A DNA stretch of 60,788 nt from an uncultured virus (IMG/VR IMGVR_UViG_3300038345_000178) (Duplodnaviria > Heunggongvirae > Uroviricota > Caudoviricetes), in IMG/VR virus record IMGVR_UViG_3300038345_000178; one strand, given 5' to 3'. Positions 24,349 through 35,383 of this stretch are shown one piece after another (within the stretch, counting starts at the first letter, position 1; every line of letters starts with the position of its first letter). The notes under the pieces were generated by a model. That model searched no databases. It worked only from the letters and a program-made list of their open reading frames with translations, and was not told where the DNA came from. The translations under genes and the position numbers were made by a program.

Positions 24349-25092
24349 AAAACTGTGCAAATCGCTGAATTTCTGCGGGAGTTCGGCGATTTTTGCTTAT
24401 TTTTGCACAAAAATCAGCCTCAGTTTTTGTGCAAAATGCTAAATCAATAGGCAAAATGACGAAAAATGGGCGGAAATCAGCAAAAATTTCTACTTGACAT
24501 ACAAAATGCACAAAAATCATGCGGTTTTTGTGCATTTTTTCTATTTGGCATACATTTTGCACAAAAAGTTTTCCACTTGTTGAAAATTTTTGTGCATTTT
24601 GACGGTTCGCTAACACGCGGGGCTCACCGTGATTTGTGATTATTTTTCACAGTGATATTTTTTCACGCTTAATTCTTCTAAAGAAAAAACGCCATCTCTT
24701 CCCAAAAATAACTAATAGACGGCACGCCAACCGTAGGTTCAGTGCCGCTCTCCGCAACCAGTCTATATGGCGATTTTTTCTGGATTCTTTTGCCTCTATA
24801 GCGCGTTCGCCCCGGAATCCCATAAATAACACCCATATGCCTGTCGGCCCGGAACCAGTCGTGCGCAGGAAACCGCCAATCCCTTCACCTTTTTTATTTA
24901 TAACATGCGCACGCTGGACTGGTCCCGTCAAATCCTCAAAAGTCGAATGCGTCCTTGTTATTTACACAATTGACTTTTTAAAAAATTTTTGTTATAATTT
25001 AAAAAAAGACTTTTTTAGGATGCGCAGACTTGACAACCACAAAAATTTTTGGTATAATATAATAGATACAATAGAAAAGGAGATTTGATACT

Positions 25093-25506
25093 ATGGATTT
25101 TTATGACGCTATGAAAAAGGGAACTTCTGAGGAAGATCTTGTGAAAGCTTTTAACGAAGCTCTGAATGCAGCAAAGAAAAAGCTAGAAGATGAGAGACGC
25201 ACAAAAGAAGAGCAAGAGAAAGCTAAGAAAATAATTGATAATCGTAGAGCTCTTGCGGCTAACGCATTAACCAGTTATTTAACTGCGCTATGCCCCGAAA
25301 CTAAGATAACAAAAGAAGATGTTGAAAAGGCATTAAGTGATTCTGAAAAACTTTTTGGCTCCATGGGCGGTTTTCTTGCACAGTTCACTTCAACAATTAA
25401 AGACGGCAAAGCTAAGACTAATGTTAATTTCAAAAAGATTCTTAATGAAGATGATGATGATACAGCTTTGAATAAGTTCTTTGATGAATTAAATTGGATG
25501 TTTTAA
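25093..25506 (+). CDS. Hypothetical protein
   Basis: Promoter and AAGGAG SD; followed by the hairpin AAAAGACCCGATAC...GTATCGGGTCTTTT. Confidence 0.6.
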   Translation: MDFYDAMKKGTSEEDLVKAFNEALNAAKKKLEDERRTKEEQEKAKKIIDNRRALAANALTSYLTALCPETKITKEDVEKALSDSEKLFGSMGGFLAQFTSTIKDGKAKTNVNFKKILNEDDDDTALNKFFDELNWMF

Positions 25507-25675
25507 AAAAGACCCGATACCTTAATTGGTATCGGGTCTTTTTATTTTTATATTGTAAGATTAGTTTCGTAAATCGTTTTCCGTAAACAGTGTAGATAAG
25601 CAAGTACTGGTCCCGGCCTCCACACAATGACAATTTATCTGATCACAAAGACAATTTGTTTCCACCCATAGATAA

Positions 25676-25888
25676 TTTATCAAGAATACCAGTAATATAT
25701 CAAGAATACTAGTCATATATCAAGAATACCAGTCCAGTTATATATCAAAAATATCAGACACTTATTAAATACACCAGACACCTGTCAAAAATTCCAGACA
25801 TATATCAAAAACCCCAGTCATTTATCAAATACACCAGTCACTTGTCAAGAATGCTAGTCATATATCAAAAATCCCAGTCATATATCAA
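25676..25888. repeat. 20-bp direct repeat array (10 full copies), iteron-like
   Basis: Consensus TATATCAARAATACCAGTCA at a 20-bp period, with one 5-nt insertion at 25736. Confidence 0.85.
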
Positions 25889-26676
25889 CCATTAATAAAT
25901 TTTAACTTCCCCCAAGGATGTATAATAATCTCATCTTCCCCTTGTTTAACAGTATATCCATCCACTTCCATCTTTTTCCCATCCGCCAATTCAATTACAT
26001 ACTTATAAAGCCTTCTTTCAGTATGCCTATTTCCCCACCTATCTTCAAATACACACTCTTCCACATTATCAATTCTAAAAACCTCTTCTTTCGTATCTTT
26101 ATTATAAAAAACCACATTATCAATAGTCATATTTCTGCCCCTTTCTTTATCCTTCCACAGTAAGGACATCCCCAAACCGCATTTACTTTATTTTTGTCAT
26201 AAACATCAAGAGTCACAATTACCTCATGTTCTTTAGCCTCCCAAACGCATCCGCAATCACAAAAAAACCTAAACACTCTTTCAATATCTCTTCTTCCTTC
26301 TTTTATAATTCTCATACTTCTTTACTCCAATCCAATTTAATATCATCATTATTACAAATAAATCAATAGCAAACAATACTAACATTATAAAAATAGCTAC
26401 ACCAGCATAACTCAGCCAAAAAACTACTCCCACTTAATATACCCCCATTTTGCAGGGGCTAACGCCCCCGCACCCCCATTTTTTAAATTACTCCCTATAA
26501 AATTCAAGAAAATTAGCAACCTCTTCATGCACCCCCTCAAAATACTTCAGCTTCTCACCTTCAGATACCCCCTGATTTTCATTAAAAACCTCACAATGCG
26601 GCAAGCTATTTACAAAAGCCAAAAATTCACGTCTTTCTTTTTCGTAATCTTGATATGTCATCATCTTCTCATACAC
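25885..26676 (-). CDS. Small minus-strand genes (25885-26130, 26127-26315, 26488-26676)
   Basis: Co-oriented short ORFs; 26127-26315 has CDCGC...CPYC. Confidence 0.5.
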
Positions 26677-27086
26677 CCCCTAAACATTCTCTCTGGCACC
26701 CCACGGACGACAAAGCACGTCCATGGGATGGGGCTTCGCCCCATCCCATTAATTACCCAACGTCCAATTCAAGAAGCACTTTTTCAATACTTAAATATGA
26801 TGCAACCGCCTCACACCACCTAATATCAATTTAACATTTTCAACCGTTTTCAGAACTTTTGGTAAAGATAATATATACTATATATATCTTAACCAAAACA
26901 TTTAAAACCGGTTGAAGTTGATAATTTCTTTCGACTCCTCTTGGCGGCAGTTGCCAAATCATTATCACAGAAATAACTAAAATTACCATTTTCGACCGAC
27001 TTTGAGCATTTTTCTTTAAGATATATATAATATATATTATCTTAAAGAAAAGTACTACCAAACCGGTCGAAGTATCTAATTTTTAA

Positions 27087-27878
27087 TTATTTATCTTCAC
27101 TTAAATCATTATCATAGAAAACGTTTAAATCAACATTCATACCTAAACATTTCCAATAGCTACCTGCCCTATTAGATATAAAAATATCATTTGTTTCAAG
27201 TAATTTTTTTACATCTCTAATTTGTTTATAAGATAGCCCCGTCATATTTTGCAACTCCGCATATGTAAAAGGTTGATGCTATTCACAAATTCTAATAGCT
27301 TCCCAAACTTGTACCAATTGCGGCAGCTTCTTAAACTGCTTATTATTTTCCTACACAATCTTTCTACACTGTTTTAACATACTAATTCGTACACTATATT
27401 GTTCTTGTATATCAGTTTTTAATATTAAAGTAAAATATCCTTTATCATAAGTATCAACATCAAGAATACAGCCCTTCTTTTTTAAAGAAACAATAGCCTT
27501 ATCAATCAAATCGCAATTCTTTTTATTTACCTATGCACCCAAATACTTTAACAATTGCTAATGAGTACCCCTATAAACATTATGTTCAGATACAACAATA
27601 GCCAGAAAAATTAAAAACTAATATTCTTTCAAACTTAAACTCTTTATATTTATGCGGATGTCCCTTTTTTCCTAATAAATAGTTAAAGCTCTTTCTTCTT
27701 CATCAATAGAATAATAGACTTGTCCATCCTCAGCTTTAACTCTATATATATGTTTTATATTTGTATTTTTCTTTTTAATCGCCTACAAAGTCTTTTTAAA
27801 ATTAGCTTTAATACTCGTTGCAGAGTATCCAAACATCTTTCCTAACTATGCGGCGGTTAGCAGCTCACTGGCGTTCAT
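27087..27878 (-). CDS. HTH-containing protein, candidate replication initiator (263 aa, 8 TAG)
   Basis: Open from ATG 27878 to TAA 27087 if TAG is sense; HTH-like segments LTAA*LGKMFGYS and FTYAELQNMTGLSYKQIRDV; invisible in the ORF track. Confidence 0.55.
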
Positions 27879-28063
27879 AAGTCTACTGCCCCCTATCAAA
27901 AATTTGTTCTTCTATCATATTATCAATCTCTCCTGCATTAGCCAATATAGCAATCATAGTAAATATATCAATCCAAAAAGATTTCATCATACTAAAAAAA
28001 CACCAAAAGAGAAAGATAACTACTATACAGGCAGCAATGGCTAGCAAAAATACTAACCCCCGC

Positions 28064-28411
28064 TCAATTTTCTCCTTTACCCCATATTAACGCTCCCTTT
28101 TCTTCAAATTCTTGCTTTTTCTCTTGAACTTGTTTACGAAGTTCTGCAAGACCCTTCGTTGTTACATCTATATTTTTTAATGTTTCATCATAGGGTGCAA
28201 ACTTATTAAATTCAAAAAAATCAGGTATAAATATACCAAATATACCTCTTTTAATTAATTTCTTATTTATTCTTTCCACCTATTTTGCGGCGGTCAGCAA
28301 ATCTACCTAATTTGTTTTTATGGTAAAAATAGCAACATTGCCGGGTTTTACATCATAAGTCTTACCATCAAAAATAAACGGATAAGTAGTTTTTTTATTA
28401 TTTTCCGCCAT
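28064..28411 (-). CDS. Hypothetical protein (115 aa, 2 TAG)
   Basis: ATG at 28411 after AAAGGTG, in frame with ORF 28064-28279 through two TAGs. Confidence 0.5.
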
Positions 28412-28630
28412 TATATTACACCTTTCTTATTACGCAATAAGCGTGTGCAGATTCAAACGCTCTTCTTATCGTTTCTACTGCTTCATCAGTAAATGTTTCA
28501 TCTATTTCAATAAAATATAATGCCCCTGATTCAGGAATAATCTATACAATACTTTCCAAGCATGTTGGATTACCACCATTAATATTAATCATCATTTTTA
28601 TCCTCCATTTTCTTTTTATAATATTTATAA

Positions 28631-30332
28631 TTACTCTTCATTTTCTTCTATTATGCGGGCCCGCATTTTTACAACCATTTCAGGATGTATATCATATATA
28701 AAATCAGTATCGCCGCCTGCTCGCAACATATGAGACAGTCTAAATCTTGCAACATGAAGCGACTAAATTGCCATATCCATTTGATCTAAGTAATGTTCAA
28801 TTTCTTCATGTGAATAGATACAATCATACTTCTTCTATTGCTCTGCTAAATCTCCAGCCAATCTTTCATAATCTTGTGTGATACTATTGGCTATCCTTGC
28901 CATAATTAAAGCAGAATAATCATTTTTAAGATCAACCCATCTTTCTTCACTTTTCCCTTCCAATTTTACGCCCCCAGATTAGTTTTTTTCTTCATTTTTT
29001 ATAAATTCAAGCTGGTCTTTCAATATTTTCCTCGAAATTTCCTCTTTCGACTAAATTTCATTAAAATTCTACCATTTCTTCTTAAATGCGGTTTCCAGCC
29101 CCTAAGCCGCTTCACCCAACTGCCCTTTAATTACGTTTCTAAATGCTGGATATTTCTTGTACATCAATCTCCGCTGTTTCCTATTCATTTTTTACCCTCC
29201 TTTTCCTTCTAATTTTATCGAACAGGGCTTGCTCAATTTCCCACTATTTTTGTTTATCTTTATACTTCTCATATGTTTCATGGTCCTTACGAAAATTTAA
29301 GTTAATTTTGTCAATGTCATGCCGCATTTTAAACTAAAAGAAAACAACAAAACCAACTACAACAATGACAGCAATCAATACTACAGCCATCATAAATCTC
29401 TTCCTCCTAAATGGATATTATAATTATAATAAGGAACAACAGCCGCCATTTGTTCTTGCATTGCCTTATCTAATTCTACTTTTTGCCTTGCTATTGCCAT
29501 ATCCATTGCCATTTTCTGCTCTTCTAATGCTTGGTTTAATTCTATTTTTATTCCTTCAACACACTGCCCATATGTTTTCAATTCAACTATATCTTTGCAA
29601 CAGTGGGATCTATCATCATAAAACTTACACTCTTTACATTCACACTTTACTATTGGCATTTTAATTCTCCTCTTTTTCTTTGCTAAAATCAATAAGAACA
29701 CCATAAACGGTTTCTCCTTTTTCTTTTGCTAAGTCTATTGAAACAAAACCAACAGCCCCCTCTATAAGATCCATCAATGCGGCTGCCGCGTCTCTCACTG
29801 TCTTTTCTTTTGGGAAGACAATTCCCCAACCACTTTCTGGTGGTTCTATATAAACGGGGATTGAGGTAACTTCATTCTTCAGCTCTTCTATCTTTACATT
29901 CATCTTTTGTTTCTCCTTCATTTAATATTAAAATTCCATAAATAGTTTCACCTGTATCAGTATCATAAAAAGACATAACTTTACTATTTGGATACTGTCC
30001 TGAGAGCAATTCCGCACTTCGTGCGGAATTGTCTTCAGGAACAATTAATGTAAATATATCACTGCCAGAGTGACTTGTTATATTTATCTATCTTTTTTCC
30101 ATTATTTTTTATCTCTCCTTTGTTTTATTGCATAAATAGCATTAGCAACCGCTTGATCAATAGAGCCAGCATAATTAACTTCAACCGTATCTATAACAGT
30201 TCCATTCTTTTGCTTCACAATATCCCACCGATATTTTTCTTTTTTGTTTTCCCATATCTCAGGATCTATATGAATAACCGCACCATACCCGCTATTTCTA
30301 TTTGCATCAATAGTCATGATTTCTTCGTCCAT
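28631..30332 (-). CDS. Operon of small minus-strand genes, several containing TAG
   Basis: ORFs 30102-30332, 29661-29921 and 29390-29659, plus TAG-interrupted frames at about 28631-29393. Confidence 0.45.
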
Positions 30333-30497
30333 TATATCTACCCTACCCCCTTATTTTACTTTTCATTATTTTCTATATAAAGTATAACATAATTTTTTAT
30401 AAGTATCCAATAAAAAATTTCATTTTTGATTTTTTAAAAAATTTATGATATAATATATACATAATAAAAAAGAAAAAAAAAGAAAGGTTGTGGCTCC

Positions 30498-31400
30498 ATG
30501 GAGAAATTTAAGACTGCGGATGGTAGAGAATTTTATGTGGCTCCTTCTTATCAGAGCGATAGAAATAAGATATCAGGCGATGTCTTCTTTAATTCAAAAG
30601 GCAAGCTAAGCGTGAAGATGATAGCTCCATGCAGCCGCTGTAGCGGAACTGGTATTTTCCACATCTATGGCACCTGTTTTAAATGTAGCGGCGGCGGTAC
30701 CGAAACAGCAATAGTCCGCGCCTACACCGAGAAAGAATATGCTGCCCTGAAAAAAGCTGCCGCTAAGAGAGCAGAAGCAAAAGAAGCCAAGGAGAAGGCA
30801 AGAGTTGATGATGCTATTGCCAATGCTGATACTTATAAAGCGGAAATTGCTAAAAAGCTGGGCTTCGGCGATGATCTCTGTGCTTATTCTGTCTATGGTG
30901 ATGATACTTTTGTTATTAAGGATAAGTTAAAGGAAATGGGAGCAAGATTTAGCCCTGCAATGAAGTGGTATTTTGCAAATGAAGTTGAACTGCCTGAAGG
31001 TTACTTCCTCTGCAAGATTTCTTTTGATGAAGTCTTTGAGTACAAACCTCTTGCCAAGAGAGCAGATTACAGAGAAGATGCTCAGGAAATCGTTAACAAG
31101 AAAATAGCTGAGCTGAAAGGCCCTTCTGCCTCCGAGTTTTATCCTGCTCCTGAAAGCACTCGTATCCGCAACATTACGGCAAAAGTAAGCAAAGTAAGCG
31201 GTTTCGCAGGCATTTATGGCTATACTTATGTATATACATTTACTTCTGAAAACTATGTTTTCGTATGGATGACCACTGCTCAGCAGCAGTGCTCTGTTGG
31301 TGATCTGGTTGATTTAACTGGCACAATCAAGAAGTTTGATGAATATATGGGTGACAAAATTACTCATCTTAGTAGATGCAAGCTGATAAAAATTAACTAA
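30498..31400 (+). CDS. DnaJ-type Zn finger plus C-terminal OB-fold-like protein
   Basis: CSRCSGTG...CFKCSGGG; beta-rich C-terminus (VGDLVDLTGTIK). Confidence 0.55.
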   Translation: MEKFKTADGREFYVAPSYQSDRNKISGDVFFNSKGKLSVKMIAPCSRCSGTGIFHIYGTCFKCSGGGTETAIVRAYTEKEYAALKKAAAKRAEAKEAKEKARVDDAIANADTYKAEIAKKLGFGDDLCAYSVYGDDTFVIKDKLKEMGARFSPAMKWYFANEVELPEGYFLCKISFDEVFEYKPLAKRADYREDAQEIVNKKIAELKGPSASEFYPAPESTRIRNITAKVSKVSGFAGIYGYTYVYTFTSENYVFVWMTTAQQQCSVGDLVDLTGTIKKFDEYMGDKITHLSRCKLIKIN

Positions 31401-31414
31401 AATAGGAAAGAGGG

Positions 31415-31780
31415 ATGTATATGTATAATAAAGGCAGATACTATCTTGAAATCACTTTTGGCGATAATGATTGGTGTGAAGCTATGGAGCTGATTCTCCC
31501 CGCAATTAAAATGAATGTTGCTAATTTTAATGAGTATATTGACTACCTTACAGATGAAATTAACGATTTTTTTGAAGGTATCCGCAACTTGATCGTAGCG
31601 CAGTTGAATCTGCTCTGTCGGGTTATTGATCAGATTCGTTATGATTATACAAAGGATGCTGCCCGTATTAAATTTGCGGTAGTGCCAGAAGATAAAATTA
31701 AAACAGCTGATAATCTGGAAACCGCATATCTTCAGCTTTTTGGCTCTCCAAAGGACATAGGTAATTTCTTTATAGTATAA
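31415..31780 (+). CDS. Hypothetical protein
   Basis: Co-oriented 121-aa ORF. Confidence 0.55.
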   Translation: MYMYNKGRYYLEITFGDNDWCEAMELILPAIKMNVANFNEYIDYLTDEINDFFEGIRNLIVAQLNLLCRVIDQIRYDYTKDAARIKFAVVPEDKIKTADNLETAYLQLFGSPKDIGNFFIV

Positions 31781-31882
31781 TAACAATCGTCAACAGGCGT
31801 TCTGTGAGCGTCTGTTGATTTTTTTATAAAAATTTGTTATAATATATATAGAAAATAAAGAAATAAGGAAGGTTGTGTAGCT

Positions 31883-32653
31883 ATGAGATACAATAGAGAT
31901 GTTGCTATGAGGATTTTTGCGGTTCTTGAAGAATATCTTCCTGAAAATTTTGGCAAGATGCAAGATGATGACTTTATCGTAGATATGGGCGAAATAGAAG
32001 GTAGAATCTGGGCTATTGATCATACTGTAAGATTTTATTCTGGTATAAGTAAGCTGGCAATAGTTGCTGAATCTCTTGGAGAAGTAGCTATCAAAGTTCC
32101 TTTTAATGGTTGTTATGAATATTCTGATGAATACTATGATTATCAGCATAGTGATGAATATGATTATGACGATGATGATGATGAAGAATGGGATTTTGAC
32201 AGAAAATATTGTTTTGAAAAATTTTGTGGCGGCGGTGGCAAATATAACAATGACTATTGTGCAGAAGAATACGCCGCTTACAAAGAGCTGAAAGAACTTG
32301 GTTATGAGAAATTTGTAGCTGAAACTGAGCTGCTGGGCGGTATTAATGGAATGTATATTTTGGTACAGGAATTTGTTACTTCAATGAATGACTTTGATGA
32401 AAAAGTCATCAATTCTAAAAAGGCTATTGAAACATCTGAAAGAATTAGGGAAGATTATTGCACTGCAAATAATGTTGATGATGAGTGGGTTGCTGCTTGT
32501 GTAGAACATTATGGAGAAGAATTGTCTGAAAAGTTCTTTAACTATACAGAAGAAGATGGTTATTTTATTCTGGCGGATGCTCATTGGGGCAACTATGGTT
32601 ATAGAAAAGATGGTTCACCTTGTATTCTTGATTTTTCTGATTTCAGTGGCTGA
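31883..32653 (+). CDS. Protein kinase-like fold protein
   Basis: VAIKVP, DAHWGNYG and ILDFS match kinase subdomains II, VIb and VII. Confidence 0.65.
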   Translation: MRYNRDVAMRIFAVLEEYLPENFGKMQDDDFIVDMGEIEGRIWAIDHTVRFYSGISKLAIVAESLGEVAIKVPFNGCYEYSDEYYDYQHSDEYDYDDDDDEEWDFDRKYCFEKFCGGGGKYNNDYCAEEYAAYKELKELGYEKFVAETELLGGINGMYILVQEFVTSMNDFDEKVINSKKAIETSERIREDYCTANNVDDEWVAACVEHYGEELSEKFFNYTEEDGYFILADAHWGNYGYRKDGSPCILDFSDFSG

Positions 32654-32744
32654 ATAACTAAAACAAGCGGTTTCCGCTTGTTTTTTTTAAAAAATTTTGT
32701 TATAATATATATGTAAAATAAAAAAATAGAAGGAGCGTTACAAA

Positions 32745-33930
32745 GTGAGCAAAGACAGAGAAGTAGCTTGTATGTATTATATGCATGAGGGCGAGTGCTT
32801 AAAAGGAAGAAAAGGCACATTTTACGATGCTTGTCAAACTTGTAAAAAGTATGCCCCCCAAAGAGGCGGATTCCCTGCACGTAAGAATACAAAAAAGCAG
32901 AAACTTCGTGAGGCAAGAGACAGAGATAGCTATGATTTTTAAGGAGGTCGTATTATGAGTCGAAGCCCATATTTTTTCCTTGAAAAAATTAAAACAGATG
33001 GTTCAACAGAGCTTGTTGATATTCGCACAACAAAGAACATGGACACAATGCAGGATTTGTTTCCTTACAATGGCTGCCATAGTGTTTTTTCTATTGTTGA
33101 GCAGACCGCAGCTAATGAGGAGTATCCAAGAATGGCGGGCATTCATAGAGGGCTGCCATTTAATGTTCATCCTCTAATAAGAGCGGAAGCCGAGCACCTT
33201 GAGGGATATGATGTTAAACCAAGATGGTTCCTTTACTCTGACTTGCTTTTGTATCTAACTAAATATCCAAAAGTAAAAGATACTGACGACAATGGACGCA
33301 GAATAAAAATTGACAATCCGCTATTTACACTAAAAGATCGTATTGATTGCTTTATCAGCATTTGGGACGGCGGATGGGACGACGAAGATGATAACAATCT
33401 ATATAGAATTGTCTATTGGATTGACTACTAAGGAGATCTAATATATGTGGTTTTATCAGTATCAGATAAAAGTCGTGGAAGAGGATGAGACAATAGACCG
33501 CTATCAGTATAAAGAGGTCATAAGGAATGGCGTAGTTCCTGCAAACACTTATGTAGAAGCAATACAGAAAATTGTAAATTATTACGGCGATGACAACATT
33601 GTTGATATAATGCGCCTCAAGGCAGTTTTTGAAGGTGATGTTTTTGAGTTTGAAAACGCAGAAAAGGAACCTGATTTTAATTACAGAGTAGTAAAGAAGG
33701 GTGAATAAAGAAATATGGCAGGAAAAGTATCTATTCATAAGCGGTGTTTACTTAGTTCTATTGTTGCGGAATGGGCATGTAGATTTCCAGAAACGCCCCC
33801 GAATATGTATGAAGTAGAAGAAATGTTTCGTCTACATGGCGTCTATAAAGATCATTTGAATGAAGATGAATTACAGTATTTGAATGAGGAATTGCAAAAG
33901 AAAGCTAAAACAGCATTTGTTCTAAAGTAA
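32745..33930 (+). CDS. Operon of four hypothetical proteins (32745-32942, 32955-33431, 33445-33708, 33715-33930)
   Basis: Tightly packed ORFs with SDs after the repeated promoter. Confidence 0.55.
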
Positions 33931-34024
33931 AAAAACAAAATTGAAAAATTAAAAAATTTATTATATAATATATATGTAAGATAAAGAAAAAATAAAGTCA
34001 CTGAGTGAAAAGGAGAAGATAATT

Positions 34025-34450
34025 ATGGAGAAAAAGACAAAGGTTGTTTATTTTACAGAACTGAAGGACATCGTTACTAATGCTCTTGGAGCCGAAGCAG
34101 CAGGCGAGTATCTTGATTTCATTGATAGGGAGCTTGGCGCACTGGAAAAGAGGCGTGCAAATCAGAAGGTAAGAGAAGATAGACGAAAGGCTGAAAACGA
34201 TGAGATGGCAAGAGCTATCCTTGATATGCTGACTGATGAACCCGCAACTAATTCTGATATTCTTGAAGAAATCAATGATCCTGAAGCAACTCCCGCAAAG
34301 ATTACTGCTCGTCTGAGCAAGCTGGCAAGAGAAGGTCTGGTTGCTAAGGAAACCATTAAGGTTGATGGCAAGAAGAGAGTGGCATATACAAGAATCGGTT
34401 ATACTGATCTTCCCATGGAAGAGGGTCCTGAACTTGATCTTGAAGGATAA
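34025..34450 (+). CDS. Winged-helix-like DNA-binding protein (distant paralog)
   Basis: FIDREL...TPAKITARLSKLAREGLVAKE aligns with the 17706/23551 proteins. Confidence 0.6.
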   Translation: MEKKTKVVYFTELKDIVTNALGAEAAGEYLDFIDRELGALEKRRANQKVREDRRKAENDEMARAILDMLTDEPATNSDILEEINDPEATPAKITARLSKLAREGLVAKETIKVDGKKRVAYTRIGYTDLPMEEGPELDLEG

Positions 34451-34522
34451 ACTATAAATAAAAAGCAGGGGGGCTATTGCTCCCCTGCTTGTGCTATCTA
34501 AAAAAGGAGTGAAAATTATTTA

Positions 34523-35308
34523 ATGTTTTGTGTAGATTACTACCCCTATGAAACTTATATAAAAGATGCGGATGAGTTAAAAATCAAATATAATCCAACT
34601 GATACAACTCTTTCTGATTTTTTAAATAAGTACATTGAAAAATCAGTTATTATTGACGTTTCGGACAATTTTGATGAAGTTGACTGCCGCCTTTTTCAAG
34701 GACTATGTGAAAAGTTTAAAAACTTTAAATTGATTATTAAATATGAAAACACTAAGCACTTAGAATTGGTGCAAAAATATAATGTACCATTTTTCTTTAT
34801 AAATTTTGTTACAACAATGGATAAATTATATGGATTTTTAAAATATAGACCAACTGATATGTATATATGTGAAGATCTTGGATTTTCAATAGATAAAGTT
34901 AGTGAGATACTGCATAAAAATAATATAAAAGTCAGGGTCTTTCCTAATATTTGTCAATCAAGCTTTCCAGAAACACCGAGTCTCTTGACATTTTTTATTC
35001 GCCCAGATGATGTGCCTGCATACGAACCCTTTGTAGATGTTTTTGAGCTGGTTTCGGACAAAGATAGACAAGGCATCATCTTCAAAATTTATAAACAACA
35101 TAAGTGGTTTGGCGAAATTAGTGAAGTTATTCCCACATTCAAGAACCCTCTTGATTCAAGATTCTTATTAAATGATTTTGGTGTATTTAGAACCCGCTGC
35201 GGCAAGAGATGTTTATACAAGCCTGGAAGTTGTGATATATGCGGTCGGATGGTAGAACTTGCGGCGACCTTTAAGAAAAATAATATTGTTGCTATTCCGC
35301 AATATTAA
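34523..35308 (+). CDS. Hypothetical protein with Cys-rich C-terminus
   Basis: 261 aa; RCGKRC...CDIC. Confidence 0.55.
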   Translation: MFCVDYYPYETYIKDADELKIKYNPTDTTLSDFLNKYIEKSVIIDVSDNFDEVDCRLFQGLCEKFKNFKLIIKYENTKHLELVQKYNVPFFFINFVTTMDKLYGFLKYRPTDMYICEDLGFSIDKVSEILHKNNIKVRVFPNICQSSFPETPSLLTFFIRPDDVPAYEPFVDVFELVSDKDRQGIIFKIYKQHKWFGEISEVIPTFKNPLDSRFLLNDFGVFRTRCGKRCLYKPGSCDICGRMVELAATFKKNNIVAIPQY

Positions 35309-35383
35309 TTCTTTTTTGATTTTTTATAAAAATTATTATATAATATATATATAATAAAAAGTAAAAAAGAGAGGTAATAATGT

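Noticed and set aside
13888..25088. ORF-track entries rich in LCKLH/FVQ (e.g. 16905, 18548, 21520, 23048, 24320)
   Set aside because: These are translations of the TGCACAA dyad islands on both strands, with no SD or coding-like composition
25676..25888. CRISPR array (also considered for 11807-11950 and 14172-14250)
   Set aside because: Repeats are contiguous or have very short linkers, with no unique spacers of about 30 nt and no cas genes
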